From: Pseudomonadota bacterium
GTDB taxonomy: Archaea > Thermoplasmatota > SW-10-69-26 > JACQPN01 > JAJPHT01
DNA length: 64,000 nucleotides
Assembly: GCA_021325135.1 (NCBI GenBank)
Contig: JAJPHT010000036.1
Coordinates: 32,001 to 96,000 of the forward strand
Direction: 5' to 3'
In this document: positions 43,403 to 55,609 of the stretch, piece after piece
Layout of the letters: each line of letters opens with the position of its first letter
Position numbering within the stretch: the first letter of the stretch is position 1
Notes under the pieces: generated by a model
Databases searched by the model: none
Seen by the model: only the letters and a program-made list of their open reading frames with translations
What the model was told of the DNA's origin: nothing
Position numbers and translations under genes: made by a program

Positions 43403-45436
43403 ATGCGCCACGCCCTCCTGGGCCTCGCCCTCGTGCTCCCCGCCCTCGCCGGATGCCTCGGCGCGTCGGTGGACCCCGCGCCCGCGCCCGTCGTGGAGAA
43501 GGTCCCCGAGGGCGCGCAGCTGGAGGCGATCCCCGGGGGCGCGCGCCTCGTCTTCGAGAAGGCGACGCTCCCCTTCGAGCGCAACGTCACGATCCCCCTG
43601 GGGACGACGCTGGTGCGGATGACGGTGCTCGCGGGGGAGAAGGACGCCGTGAGCGCGTCGATGCGCAGCGCGGACACGCAGCGGCGCCGCTGCAACTTCG
43701 ACCCCGTCGTCGCCGCGTGGGACGCCCCCACCGTGGGCAGCGCCTCGTGCTCGGGCGTCGCGGTGGTGGACCGCCTCCCGGCCACGTGGACCGTGCGCGC
43801 AGCCGGCCCCGGCCAAGGCACCGTGCAGGTGGACCTCCTGTCCACGCCTCTCGACGGGCCCCTGGCGAAGCTGGACCTCTCGCAGCTCTCGATGCGGGAC
43901 CACGAGCTGGAGCCCACCAAGGTCCAGACGGTGCCCAGCTTCGACGGCACGCCGCTGCGCGTCGAGGTCACGCTCCCCCAGGGCGCGGGCCCGTGGCCCG
44001 CGGTGATCTGGAGCAGCCCGTACAACACGGCGGACCGCGCGACGGGCAAGCCCGCGGCGTGGGACTACTTCGTCCACGACTGGGCGCAGCGCGGCTACGC
44101 GGTCGTCTCGGCCGACGTGCGCGGCTACGGCGAGAGCGGCGGCTGCGTCGAGGTCTGGGGCGCCAACGAGCAGAAGGACCAGGCGTTCCTCGTGGACTGG
44201 GTGGCGAAGCAGCCCTGGAGCGACGGCAAGGTGGGCTTCTACGGCCAGTCCTACGTCGCGACGACGCCGGTGGAGGCCGCCGTGCAGGACCCGCCCGCGC
44301 TGAAGGCCATCATCGCCGTGGCGCCGGTGGTCAACGCCTACGACGACTGGCACTTCGGCGGCGTCCCCAACGGCGAGGGCATGGGGAGCGCCATCTCCTA
44401 CGACCAGCTTGGCACGCAGGCGGAGCAAAACTTCGGCGACCCCTTGAGCACGGCGCTCAACGCGGCCAACGGCGTGTGCGACCCCACCGTGCTGGCCCGC
44501 GCCTCGGACCCGCGCGCCGTGTACGACGACTTCTACGCCCTCCGCAACTTCAGCGTCCCCGCGTCGAAGATCCAGGCCGCGGTGCTCTACACCCACGGCT
44601 TCGAGGACAGCAACGTCAAGGCGCAGATGATCCCCGACTGGTTCAACGCCATCACCGCGCCCAAGCTGGGCCTCTTCGGCCACTGGGTGCACCAGCACCC
44701 CGCGCGCGCCGACGACGAGGCGCTCATGCTCCTCTGGCTCGACCAATACGTCAAGGGCAAGCCCGTGGGCTTCGAGAAGCTGCCCGCCGCCCTCGTGCTG
44801 GACAGCGACGGGCGCGAGCGCGAGGCCAGCCAGTGGCCCGACCCTGCGGCGGCGGACGCCGTGCTCGCCACGGACCCCGCGGGCGGGAAGCTGGGCGGCG
44901 CGGCGGGCTCCGGCAGCGCGAGCATCCTCCTGGACACCACGGAGGGCATCCAGAACGTGCAGCCCCCCGCGGCGCGCCTGGGGCTCGCCCCCCTGCCGGT
45001 GCCCACCTCGCTGACGCTGACCTCCGCGCCCCTCGCGCAGGACGTGCGCCTCTCGGGGAACGGCGTCGTGCGCCTCGCGGTCCACCTCACCGGCGCGGAC
45101 AACGCCTACGTCGCCGCGTACCTGCGCGAGACCGACGCCAACGGCACGCGCCTCGTGACGTTCGGCATGTTCAACCTCGCGCACCGCCACGGCCACGACC
45201 AGTACGACCCCGTGCAGCCCGGCGAGACGGTGCAGGTCCCGCTGCCGCTGCTGCCCACCGAGCACGTCTTCCACGCGGGCGCGACGCTCTCGCTGGAGCT
45301 TCGCGGCGCGCGCGTCGTGGACTGGGACGCGGGGCAGCCCGGGGAGCCGGGCCTCCTGGAGATCCTCCCGCAGACGGCCCTCGCCCTGCCGGAGGCGCCC
45401 GCCGCGGGCCCCGCGCCGCTCACCGCCACGCGTTGA
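43403..45436 (+). CDS. CocE/NonD (peptidase S15) hydrolase, lipoprotein
   Basis: Lipobox LAGC; SPY, DVRGYGESGG, QPWSDGKVG, GQSY, HGFEDSNV. Confidence 0.9.
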   Translation: MRHALLGLALVLPALAGCLGASVDPAPAPVVEKVPEGAQLEAIPGGARLVFEKATLPFERNVTIPLGTTLVRMTVLAGEKDAVSASMRSADTQRRRCNFDPVVAAWDAPTVGSASCSGVAVVDRLPATWTVRAAGPGQGTVQVDLLSTPLDGPLAKLDLSQLSMRDHELEPTKVQTVPSFDGTPLRVEVTLPQGAGPWPAVIWSSPYNTADRATGKPAAWDYFVHDWAQRGYAVVSADVRGYGESGGCVEVWGANEQKDQAFLVDWVAKQPWSDGKVGFYGQSYVATTPVEAAVQDPPALKAIIAVAPVVNAYDDWHFGGVPNGEGMGSAISYDQLGTQAEQNFGDPLSTALNAANGVCDPTVLARASDPRAVYDDFYALRNFSVPASKIQAAVLYTHGFEDSNVKAQMIPDWFNAITAPKLGLFGHWVHQHPARADDEALMLLWLDQYVKGKPVGFEKLPAALVLDSDGREREASQWPDPAAADAVLATDPAGGKLGGAAGSGSASILLDTTEGIQNVQPPAARLGLAPLPVPTSLTLTSAPLAQDVRLSGNGVVRLAVHLTGADNAYVAAYLRETDANGTRLVTFGMFNLAHRHGHDQYDPVQPGETVQVPLPLLPTEHVFHAGATLSLELRGARVVDWDAGQPGEPGLLEILPQTALALPEAPAAGPAPLTATR

Positions 45437-45480
45437 CGCGTTCCGATCGGTTGAAGCTGCGCCGTCCAGGTCCGACGGCC

Positions 45481-45942
45481 ATGAGCACGCCGCTTGCGCC
45501 CCCGCCCCCGACGATGCACCCCGAGCCCGTGGCCTCCGCGCCCGCCGCGCGCCCCGTGGGCGTCAGCATCCTCGCGGTCGTCGCCTTCATCGCCGCGGGC
45601 GCCGCGGTCCTCTTCGCGCTGGGCGCCGTCCTCTTCGGCGCGATGATCGGCTCCCTGGTGGGCCAGCGCGGCGGCGCCGCCATGGGCACGGCCATCGGCA
45701 TGATGATCGCCTTCAGCGCGCTCGCCTTCGCCGCCGTCTCGGGGCTGACCGGCTACGGCCTCTGGAACGCCCGCTCGTGGGGCTGGGTCCTGGGCCTCGT
45801 GTGGGGCGGGCTCTGGGCGCTGGGCGGCGCGCTGCGCTTCCTGGGCCGCGACGCCAGCGGCATCGTCGGCCTCGCGCTGGGCGGCGCCATCCTCTGGTAC
45901 CTCCTCCAGCCGGGCGTCAAGGGCTGGTTCGGCCGCGCGTGA
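45481..45942 (+). CDS. Four-TM membrane protein
   Basis: RPVGVSILAV...GYGLWNARSWGW...ILWYLLQPGVKGWF. Confidence 0.8.
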   Translation: MSTPLAPPPPTMHPEPVASAPAARPVGVSILAVVAFIAAGAAVLFALGAVLFGAMIGSLVGQRGGAAMGTAIGMMIAFSALAFAAVSGLTGYGLWNARSWGWVLGLVWGGLWALGGALRFLGRDASGIVGLALGGAILWYLLQPGVKGWFGRA

Positions 45943-46792
45943 GGCGCCGCGACATCTCGCGCGCGAGGCGCGGGCTCGCCAGCGCGGTGCCGTGGCCGTG
46001 CCCCGCCGCGGGGATCGCCTCGCCGCCCCACTTCGAGCGCCAGCGCTCCTGCCAGGCGGGGGGCACCACCGCGTCGTGGGGCGGCACGGCGAACGCGGAG
46101 GGGGCCTTCGGCGCGGGGAGCGACGAGGGCGAGATGGGGGCGAAGGCCTCCTCGACGCGCGCCAGGTCGTACCCGTGCGCCGCCAGCGTGGCGCGGCGCG
46201 CGGCGCGGCTCTCGCCGGTGCCGTAGAACGACGCGGGGTTGTCCACCGCCGCGCAGAAGGCGAGCGCGTCGAAGGGCGCGCCCTGCGCCGCCGCGAGCCC
46301 GAGCCCCAGGGCGCCCAGCGAGAGGCCCATGCCGGCGACGCGCTGCGCGCCGCGCTCCTCGCGCAGCCAGCGCGCGGCGCCCGCCGCCTGCGCCGCCGCG
46401 TCCAGGAACGCGCGCTGCGTCTCGCCCAGGTCCGCGCGCACGAAGCCCCACCCGCTGGGCCTGCCCGGCAGCGCCCGCGGGCCGTGGTAGGGCAGCGCGA
46501 GGAGCACGACGCCGAAGCCCTCCCGGCGCAGCGCCGCCAGGTGGATACCGTAGAGGCCCGGCTCGCCCCGGCGGCCCAGCGCGCCGTAGGGCGGCGACAG
46601 CACGCACCACGCGCGGGAGCCCTGCGGCGGCTCGCGCAGCAGGGTCGGCGCCTCGCGCGACGCGCGCACGAGGGCGAGGCGCTCGTCCACCTCCGCGCGC
46701 TCCAGAGGAGGACCGAACGGATCGCCCGAGGCGTCGAGCCCCTTTCCGCGGGAGAGGAGGCGGTCCACGCCGCGGCCCACCCACGGGATCAT
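45917..46792 (-). CDS. Alpha/beta hydrolase
   Basis: LPYHGPR, nucleophile GLSLG, HDAVVP, GHG. Confidence 0.8.
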   Translation of the reverse strand: MIPWVGRGVDRLLSRGKGLDASGDPFGPPLERAEVDERLALVRASREAPTLLREPPQGSRAWCVLSPPYGALGRRGEPGLYGIHLAALRREGFGVVLLALPYHGPRALPGRPSGWGFVRADLGETQRAFLDAAAQAAGAARWLREERGAQRVAGMGLSLGALGLGLAAAQGAPFDALAFCAAVDNPASFYGTGESRAARRATLAAHGYDLARVEEAFAPISPSSLPAPKAPSAFAVPPHDAVVPPAWQERWRSKWGGEAIPAAGHGHGTALASPRLAREMSRRLTRGRTSP

Positions 46793-46833
46793 GGCGCGCC
46801 CAGCCGCGTCGCGCCGAATAAGGGTGACCGCGC

Positions 46834-47763
46834 TCAGCGCGCCCAGCGGCGGGCGACGAGGGCCACCGCGACGACACCCAGCGCGACGAGGCCGAGGCCC
46901 GGCGCGGGGACGCGGTGCTCCAGCGACTGGAGGTCCTGGGGCGGGTCGGAGGGGGAGCCCGAGCCCGGGAGGACGAGGAACGAGCGCGAGCCCGAGTCGC
47001 CGCGGAGGTTCCCGTCGAGGGCGTAGGACGAGGTCCAATGCACCGTGACGCGCTCGATGCCCGTTGCCGTCGAGCCGGGGGCGCGCTGGACGACGAAGGG
47101 GATCACCTGCGCGGTCTGCGTGCCGCCGGCCTGGCGGCTCTGGAGGATCACGGGCGCGGGGAAGGGCGCCACGACGTCGTCCCCCGACACCGTCGTCTCG
47201 AAGGAGACCTTCGTGTTGGCGTTGCCCAGGTTCACGACCTTGATGGGGACCGTGGCGATGCCGCCCGCGGGCACCGCGACCTGGCCCACCGGCGCGTCGA
47301 CCACGACGACGGAGAAGTAGTCGGCCGCGATGGGGAACTCGACCTGGCCCGTGCCGGTCGCGTGCGCGGCGGAGTCGGCCCGCGCCGCGATCTGGATGAA
47401 GGTGTTCACGAACGCGGGGGCCATGTCGGTGGTGGAGACGGAGACGGTGGCGGGGAGGTCCGCCTCGCCCTCCTGGAGGCACGTCGTCGAGTCCAGCGAG
47501 GCCGTCGCGGGGGAGACGTGGACGGCGGCCCACGCAGGCGCGCGGGTCACGGAGAGGGCCAGGGAGATGGGCTGACCGACGTAGGTCGCGTCGCAGGCGA
47601 CCCGCACCGTCATGGGGATCTCGGTCGCGGGGCCCAAGGGCACGATGGGGTCGGGGGGAGGGCGGATCGTCATCGTCACGGTCCCCGAGGAGAGGAACGC
47701 CTGCGCGTCCGCAAGAGGGGCCAGCGCGGAAACCAGGAGGGCAAGAAGGACGAAGGCTCGCAC
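46834..47763 (-). CDS. Secreted Ig-like protein with archaeosortase-type C-terminal tail
   Basis: Signal peptide from GTG 47763; [10 protein letters not shown]; tail VPAPG-TM-RRWAR; paralog of 52343..53194. Confidence 0.78.
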   Translation of the reverse strand: MRAFVLLALLVSALAPLADAQAFLSSGTVTMTIRPPPDPIVPLGPATEIPMTVRVACDATYVGQPISLALSVTRAPAWAAVHVSPATASLDSTTCLQEGEADLPATVSVSTTDMAPAFVNTFIQIAARADSAAHATGTGQVEFPIAADYFSVVVVDAPVGQVAVPAGGIATVPIKVVNLGNANTKVSFETTVSGDDVVAPFPAPVILQSRQAGGTQTAQVIPFVVQRAPGSTATGIERVTVHWTSSYALDGNLRGDSGSRSFLVLPGSGSPSDPPQDLQSLEHRVPAPGLGLVALGVVAVALVARRWAR

Positions 47764-47850
47764 GGGGCGCCCTCCGCAGGCGCGGCCATCAAGCTTCCCG
47801 ATGCGTTGCTTGAGGGTGCCCTTATGCGCGCGCGTCGCGCTCCCGAGGCC

Positions 47851-49784
<1,934 letters not shown>

Positions 49785-49788
<4 letters not shown>

Positions 49789-50345
49789 GGCAGCTCCGTC
49801 GCGACCACCAGCGGCCCGGGCGCGGCCTCGTGGGCGTGCGCGGGATCGGACGCCGCGAGCAGGAGGCAGACCGTGACGTAGAGGACGCAATTGGCGCCCG
49901 CCGGGCACGCGCCCGCGTTGACGTCGCAATTTCCCGCGCACGTGCCCGCGTTCACGAGGCACGTGCCCCCCGCGAGGCAGACGTTCAGGTTGATCTCGCA
50001 GTGCGAGCCGAAGTTGCAGCCCATGGCGCCGCGCCCGACGTTCACGAGGCAGTCCGAGTTGCACCAGTCGACCGACACGGTGCAGGAGCCGTGGTCGTTG
50101 CACGTGCCGCTGACCTGGACGAGGCAGCTTCCGAGGCACGTGCCCACGACGATCGTGCACGAGGCCGGGCACGTCCCCGAGCAGGAGTCGCAGTCCCCGA
50201 CGGCGACGAGGCAGGTTCCACTGCAGCCTTGGGTGCCGCCGACCTGGACCAGGCAGCTGGCGCTCGCGCTGGGCGAAGCGACCAGGCTGACGCCGCCGGT
50301 CAGGAGGAGGGAAATCACGAGCAGGTGAAGGGTGCGGGTTTGCAT
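49785..50345 (-). CDS. Secreted Cys-rich repeat protein (22 Cys)
   Basis: Signal peptide ending ASASA; about 11-13 aa repeats CLVNxGTCxGx. Confidence 0.75.
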
Positions 50346-50460
50346 GCGAGTCTGGATCTCCAGGCGGGGACCTTCCCGCCGGACGTGGAGCATGAGCTGG
50401 GCGAGCTTCAGCTTGTTAGGCACCCGGCTTCCCGCGGAAGCCTGAAGCGTCCTGCGCCGG

Positions 50461-51030
50461 ATGCGATCCTCCGTGGCGCTGCGCGTCGAGCCCATCGGCC
50501 CCTCCTCCTGGCCTGATATCGAGCGCCTCTTCGGCCCCAGGGGAGCGTGCGCCGGCTGCTGGTGCATGTTCTGGCGCGAGGAGAGGGGCGAGAGGGTGCG
50601 CGACGCGGCCGCGAAGCGGCGCTTCCGCGCGCTCGTGGAGTCCGGCGAGGCGCGCGGCCTCCTGGCGTTCGACGAGGCGGGCGAGCCCGTGGGCTGGGCC
50701 GCGCTGGGGAGGAAGTCGGAGTTCCCGCGCCTGGCCCGCTCGCCCTCGCTTCGCACCGAGGACGACCCCGTCGCGGTGCCCTGCTTCTTCGTGAAGCCGG
50801 GCCTGCGCGGGCAGGGCGTCGCGACGGCGCTGCTGCGCGGCGCGATGGAGGCCGTGCGCCGCGACGGCGGAGGCAGGCTGGAGGCGTACCCCGTGAAGGG
50901 CGAGAGGCTGGCCAACGCCTTCGCGTGGACCGGCGTGCGCCCCATGTTCGAGCGCGAAGGGTTCCGCCTCGCGGGCGAGGAGCGCAAGGGGAAGGTGCGC
51001 ATGCGCAGGAGCGTGCGCGGCCGTGGCTGA
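50461..51030 (+). CDS. GNAT-family N-acetyltransferase
   Basis: GCWCM, CFFVKPGLRGQGVA, LEAYP. Confidence 0.9.
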   Translation: MRSSVALRVEPIGPSSWPDIERLFGPRGACAGCWCMFWREERGERVRDAAAKRRFRALVESGEARGLLAFDEAGEPVGWAALGRKSEFPRLARSPSLRTEDDPVAVPCFFVKPGLRGQGVATALLRGAMEAVRRDGGGRLEAYPVKGERLANAFAWTGVRPMFEREGFRLAGEERKGKVRMRRSVRGRG

Positions 51031-51901
51031 CCCCCGGCGCCGGAACCCCAAGGATCGCGGCGGCGCGTGGTTCGTGGACTCGACGTGCATCGACTGCGAC
51101 GCGGCGCGCCAGCTGGCGCCCGGCCTCATCGAGGCGGACGCGGAGGGCCTCTCCCACTTCACGCGCGAGCCGCGGGGGCCCGAGGAGGAGCGCGCCGCGT
51201 GGCTGGCCCTCCTGGCGTGCCCCACCGCCAGCATCGGCGCTCCGCGCGGCGCTGTGCCCCCCGAAGGCCTCTACCCGCACGAGGTCGCGCCGGGCGTCTT
51301 CCTCACGGGGTACCTCTCCGAGCGCTCCTTCGGCGCCAGCAGCTACTTCGTGCCGCGCCCCGGGGGCAACCTCCTCGTGGACGCGCCGCGCTGGTCGACG
51401 CGCCTCGCGGAGGCCCTCCGCGCGCGGGGCGGCATCGCGCACGTCCTGCTCACGCACCGCGACGACGTGGCCGACTTCGCGCGCTACGCCAAGGCGTTCG
51501 GCGCGCGGACCTGGATCCACGAGACCGACCGCCGCGCGGCTCCCTCGGCCACGGACCTGCTGCGCGGGGAGCGGGAGATCGCGCCGGGCGTGCGCGCCAT
51601 TCCCGTGCCGGGCCACACGCGCGGGAGCGTCTGCTTCCTCGTGGACGACCGCTTCCTCTTCAGCGGCGACTCGGTGCACTGGAGCCGCGAGCTGGGCGAC
51701 CTCAACGTCTCGCCCGACTTCACCTGGTTCTCCTTCGAGGAGCAGACGCGCTCGCTGGAGCGCCTCGCGCGGGCCGCGTCCTTCGAGTGGGTGCTCCCCG
51801 GCCACGGCGGACCGGGGCGCGCGCCGCCCGGAGAGATGAGGGAGCGCCTCCTCGCGCTGGTGGAGCGGATGCGCGCGGGCCAGGTCCGCGAGGCGTGGTA
51901 G
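51023..51901 (+). CDS. Ferredoxin-like domain fused to a metallo-beta-lactamase fold
   Basis: CIDC...CPTASIG; LTHRDDV, PGHTRGS, FSGD, LPGHG. Confidence 0.9.
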   Translation: MADPRRRNPKDRGGAWFVDSTCIDCDAARQLAPGLIEADAEGLSHFTREPRGPEEERAAWLALLACPTASIGAPRGAVPPEGLYPHEVAPGVFLTGYLSERSFGASSYFVPRPGGNLLVDAPRWSTRLAEALRARGGIAHVLLTHRDDVADFARYAKAFGARTWIHETDRRAAPSATDLLRGEREIAPGVRAIPVPGHTRGSVCFLVDDRFLFSGDSVHWSRELGDLNVSPDFTWFSFEEQTRSLERLARAASFEWVLPGHGGPGRAPPGEMRERLLALVERMRAGQVREAW

Positions 51902-52288
51902 CTACCGGGAGCGCCCCGCCCGGCGCGCGGCGGCGCGCGTGGCGGCCCGGCCCGACGGGCGCGGCGCGGGGAGGAGGAGCGGGACGAGCGCGCACAGGAT
52001 CAGGGCCAGGCCCACGATCGTCTGCCCGACGAGGTAGGCGATCCCCGAGCCCGCGAGCCACGGGTGCCCCGCCAGCCACGCGCCCAGGACGATGATCTCC
52101 AGCGCGAGCGCGACGACGCTGGTGGCGCCCGGCCGGCTCGCGCGCCAGGCGAGGAACGCGGCGACCAGCCCCGCGAGGACGGCGCTGAGGCCCCAGGCGT
52201 CCCACACGAGGAGGACGATGGGCAGGAGGGCGCCCGCGATGCCCAGGACCATCGCGGTGACGAACCATCCGGGGGAGGCGCGCGCCAT
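51902..52288 (-). CDS. Small four-TM membrane protein
   Basis: Hydrophobic ORF downstream of 52343..53194. Confidence 0.65.
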   Translation of the reverse strand: MARASPGWFVTAMVLGIAGALLPIVLLVWDAWGLSAVLAGLVAAFLAWRASRPGATSVVALALEIIVLGAWLAGHPWLAGSGIAYLVGQTIVGLALILCALVPLLLPAPRPSGRAATRAAARRAGRSR

Positions 52289-52342
52289 GGGGCGCGTCTG
52301 GCGCGCCACGGGGAAATCCCTTCTCGCCCCGTGGGGGATGCG

Positions 52343-53194
52343 CTAGCGGGCGCGGCGCGCCAGGAGGACCGCCGCGACCAGGAGCGGCGCCAGGGCCAGC
52401 GCGCCTCCCGGGCTGGGCGCGTCGAAGCCCCGCACGCGCGCCGTGAGCGTGAAGGTCGTCTCGTTGCTGGCGCCGCCCGCGGCCGAGGTGGCGTTGATCC
52501 ACACGGGGATCACGGCGTCGCCACGCACGAAACCGAAGCGGTGCGGCGTCTGCACGACGACGTTCACCGTGCCCTGCGTCACGAGGCCGCCCGCCTGCGC
52601 GGACTGGAGCGTAAGGGGCGGCGGCGCGAGGACGACCCACCCCTCCGGCGCGGCGCCCACCTCGATGGTCACGCGTGTGAGGGCGTTGCCGAGGTTGCTC
52701 ACGCGCAGCGGGAACGCGAGGATGGACTGCGGCGGGCCCTCGGCGACCGAGCGGTCGGCCGACGCGTCCACGAGGACGAAGGGCTGCGCGACGAGGGTGA
52801 TGGAGGTCGAGGCGGACTGCCCGCGCAGCGTGGCGACGAGCCCCACCTGCGCGGCGGCCAGGGCGGGCGCGCGGTCGGTGAGGCGGAGGGTGAGGTTGAC
52901 GGAGGCGACCTGGGGGTCCGCGCCGCAGGGCCCGACGCGGAACGCGGTGTCGTTGGCGTCCACGACCAGCCACGCGGGCGCGCCCTCGACATGCACGTCC
53001 CCCTCCTGCGCCGTGCCGTTGGGAAGGAGCGAGCAGGGCGCCGTCACCTTGACGGGGACGGTGAGGTTCACGAGGACCGGCTGCGCGCCCTCGGGGGACT
53101 GCGCCTCGACGGAGAACCGCTCCTGCGCGACCGCCGAAGGCGCGGCCATCGCGAGCAGGAGGCCCGCCAGGAGGAGCGCCCTCGCCGCGCGCAT
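52343..53194 (-). CDS. Secreted Ig-like protein with archaeosortase-type tail (paralog of 46834..47763)
   Basis: Signal peptide; SNLGNALTRV...LQSAQAGG; tail APSPG-TM-RRAR. Confidence 0.78.
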   Translation of the reverse strand: MRAARALLLAGLLLAMAAPSAVAQERFSVEAQSPEGAQPVLVNLTVPVKVTAPCSLLPNGTAQEGDVHVEGAPAWLVVDANDTAFRVGPCGADPQVASVNLTLRLTDRAPALAAAQVGLVATLRGQSASTSITLVAQPFVLVDASADRSVAEGPPQSILAFPLRVSNLGNALTRVTIEVGAAPEGWVVLAPPPLTLQSAQAGGLVTQGTVNVVVQTPHRFGFVRGDAVIPVWINATSAAGGASNETTFTLTARVRGFDAPSPGGALALAPLLVAAVLLARRAR

Positions 53195-53290
53195 GCGCTG
53201 GCAGCGCGCCCCGGGCCGGATCAAGCTTTCCAGATTCGTCGGCCAGAACGCGTAAGCGGGCGCGGGCGCCCAGCTTGCCAAGGTGTGACG

Positions 53291-53875
53291 ATGGCGAGCG
53301 ACGAGCTGGACTGCGTGCGCGTGGCGGTGCTGGTGAGCGACGGGTTCGAGCAAGTGGAGCTGGACGATCCGGTCGCCGCGCTGCGCGCCGCGGGCGCGCG
53401 CGTGGACATCCTGGCGGAGGACGAGGCCCACCTGGAGAGCATCCGCGGCGTGCGCCACCTCGACCCCGCCGAGGGCGCGAAGGGCGACCGCCTGCTGGAG
53501 GAGGCGCGCCCCGAGGAGTACGACGCGCTCTTCATCCCCGGCGGCCTCGCGAGCCCCGACACGATGCGGCAGAGCCTCCCGCACCTGCGCTTCGTCGCCT
53601 CGTTCTTCGAGGAGGGAAAGCCCGTCGCCGCCCTTTGCCACGGCCCCTGGCTCATCGCGGACGCGGGCTACGCGCAGGAATACCGCCTCACCTCGTGGCC
53701 CGGCATCGAGTACGACCTGGCGCGCGCGGGCGCCCTCTGGGTGGACGAGGAGGTCGTCGTGGACGGCAACCTCGTCACGAGCCGCAAGCCCGAGGACATC
53801 CCCGCCTTCGTCCCCGAGGTGATCCGCCTCTTCGCTGGCCCCAGGCAGGAATCCCCCGCCAGAACAGACTCGTAG
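53291..53875 (+). CDS. PfpI/DJ-1 family protein
   Basis: GFEQVEL, YDALFIPGG, ALCHGPW, GNLVTSRKPEDIPAF. Confidence 0.93.
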   Translation: MASDELDCVRVAVLVSDGFEQVELDDPVAALRAAGARVDILAEDEAHLESIRGVRHLDPAEGAKGDRLLEEARPEEYDALFIPGGLASPDTMRQSLPHLRFVASFFEEGKPVAALCHGPWLIADAGYAQEYRLTSWPGIEYDLARAGALWVDEEVVVDGNLVTSRKPEDIPAFVPEVIRLFAGPRQESPARTDS

Positions 53876-53922
53876 GGTGATGACGGGACAAAGGCCATCC
53901 GCCTAAGGCCCATCCAGGGGCG

Positions 53923-54420
53923 ATGGACCGCGACACCGCGCGGACGCTGCTGGAAGAGTCGAGGCGCCACATGGACGCGACGCTGCGCGCCGTGGCCGAC
54001 CTCGACCGGAAGGCGGTGGAACTGGTGAAGATGGACGGCGTGGGCCTTGGCCTCACCGCGACGGCCCTCGGCATCGCCGCGCGACGCGGGCCCGACGAGA
54101 TGGGCCCCATGGCGGGCGCCCTCCTGGCGGCGGGCATCCTCGGCGTGGCTGGCCTCATCGCCTCGATGGCGCTGGCCGTGGCGGCGCTCTTCCGCCGCGA
54201 CCTCGCCTTGGGCGTCATCGACCTGGGGGAAGGCATCGACCTGCGTTACCCCGACACCATTGGCTTCACGCTGGAGACGCACCGGGATGCCGTGGAGGCG
54301 AACCGCGCGGCCATCAACGCGAAAGGGCGCCTCGTGGAGCGGGGCGTCGCGGCGCTGCTGGCGGCCTCGCTCCTTCTCGGGGCCTCGGCCATCGGATATA
54401 TGATCCTGGAGGTTCTCTGA
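53923..54420 (+). CDS. Three-TM hypothetical membrane protein
   Basis: DLDRKA followed by two TM helices, NRAAINAK, third TM helix. Confidence 0.7.
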   Translation: MDRDTARTLLEESRRHMDATLRAVADLDRKAVELVKMDGVGLGLTATALGIAARRGPDEMGPMAGALLAAGILGVAGLIASMALAVAALFRRDLALGVIDLGEGIDLRYPDTIGFTLETHRDAVEANRAAINAKGRLVERGVAALLAASLLLGASAIGYMILEVL

Positions 54421-54523
54421 AACCTATGATGCCCTTGACCAAGTCCGTCTCGAAGAACCCCTTCCGGGTGGGCATGATCAAGACGAGCTACGTCGCGAAG
54501 GACGAGCCGGCGGACGACCCGCG

Positions 54524-55609
54524 CTAGCGCGCCACGCCCGCCTCGACGCTGAGGATGGGGGGAAGGGTCGTCGCGATCTCGCTCCACGAGCCCCCTTCGT
54601 CGCGGCTCGCGTAGAGGTGCCCGGTGGTGGTGCCGACGTAGAGCCCCGCCGGGTCCTTGCCGTCGGTCGCCATGCCCTCGCGCAGGATCGTGTGGAACGC
54701 GCCCTTCTGCGGCAGGCCCTTGGCGAGGCGCTGCCACGTCTTGCCGCCGTTCTTCGTGCGCCAGACAGCCATGGCTCCTCCAGGGGTCACGCGGTTGGCG
54801 TCGGCCTCCAGGGGCACGGTGTAGACGGTGCCCCCGTCGTGCGGGTGCGCGACCATGGGGAAGCCGAAGCGGCTGGGCAGCCCCTTGCTGATGTCGGTCC
54901 ACGCGTCGTCGCCGCGGCGGCGCCGGTAGACGCCGAAGTGGTTCTGCATGTAGAGCACCGCCGGGTCGCGGCTGTCGCGGACGATCTTGTGCGGGCAGGA
55001 GCCCGCGGCGCCCTCCTTCGTGACGCCCTCGGGGAGGTGCCCCGCCTGGATGCCGCCGTTCATGAGGCGCCACGACGCGCCGCCGTCGTTGGTGCCGAAG
55101 ATGCCCACGGCGCTGGCGGCCGCGATCATGCGCTTGGGCTCGCCGGGGTAGGGGAGGATGGTGTGCAGGCAGAGGCCGCCGCCTCCGGGCGTCCACTTGT
55201 CGCGGCCGGGCTGCGCGTTGAACCCCTCGACGCCCTCCCACGACTTGCCCCCGTCCACGCTGCGGAAGAGGCCGGCGGGCTCCACGCCCGCCCACAGCTC
55301 GTCGCCCACGGGCTCGACGTGCCAGATGCGCGACACCGAGAGGCCGCTCTCCTTGGGGTACTTGGGCGCCGCGGGCTTCGTCCAGCGCTTGCCCCAGTCG
55401 CGGCTGGAGCGCACCGTGGGGCCCCAGTGCATGCTCGCGGGCGCGGCCCACAGGGTCCTGCCGTCGCGGGGGTCCAGCGAGGCGTGATAGCATTCGACCC
55501 CCTCGAAGAAGGGGCCCTCCATCTTCCAGCGGCGGCGGTCGCGGCTGTGCGCGACGAAGACGCCCTTCCTCGTTCCGGCGACGACGACCGTCTCACCCTT
55601 GGCGACCAT
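54524..55609 (-). CDS. BNR/Asp-box beta-propeller protein (exo-alpha-sialidase-like)
   Basis: AGTRKG, SRDWGKRW, SVDGGKSW, TNDGGASW, SRFGFP, SRDEGGSW. Confidence 0.9.
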   Translation of the reverse strand: MVAKGETVVVAGTRKGVFVAHSRDRRRWKMEGPFFEGVECYHASLDPRDGRTLWAAPASMHWGPTVRSSRDWGKRWTKPAAPKYPKESGLSVSRIWHVEPVGDELWAGVEPAGLFRSVDGGKSWEGVEGFNAQPGRDKWTPGGGGLCLHTILPYPGEPKRMIAAASAVGIFGTNDGGASWRLMNGGIQAGHLPEGVTKEGAAGSCPHKIVRDSRDPAVLYMQNHFGVYRRRRGDDAWTDISKGLPSRFGFPMVAHPHDGGTVYTVPLEADANRVTPGGAMAVWRTKNGGKTWQRLAKGLPQKGAFHTILREGMATDGKDPAGLYVGTTTGHLYASRDEGGSWSEIATTLPPILSVEAGVAR

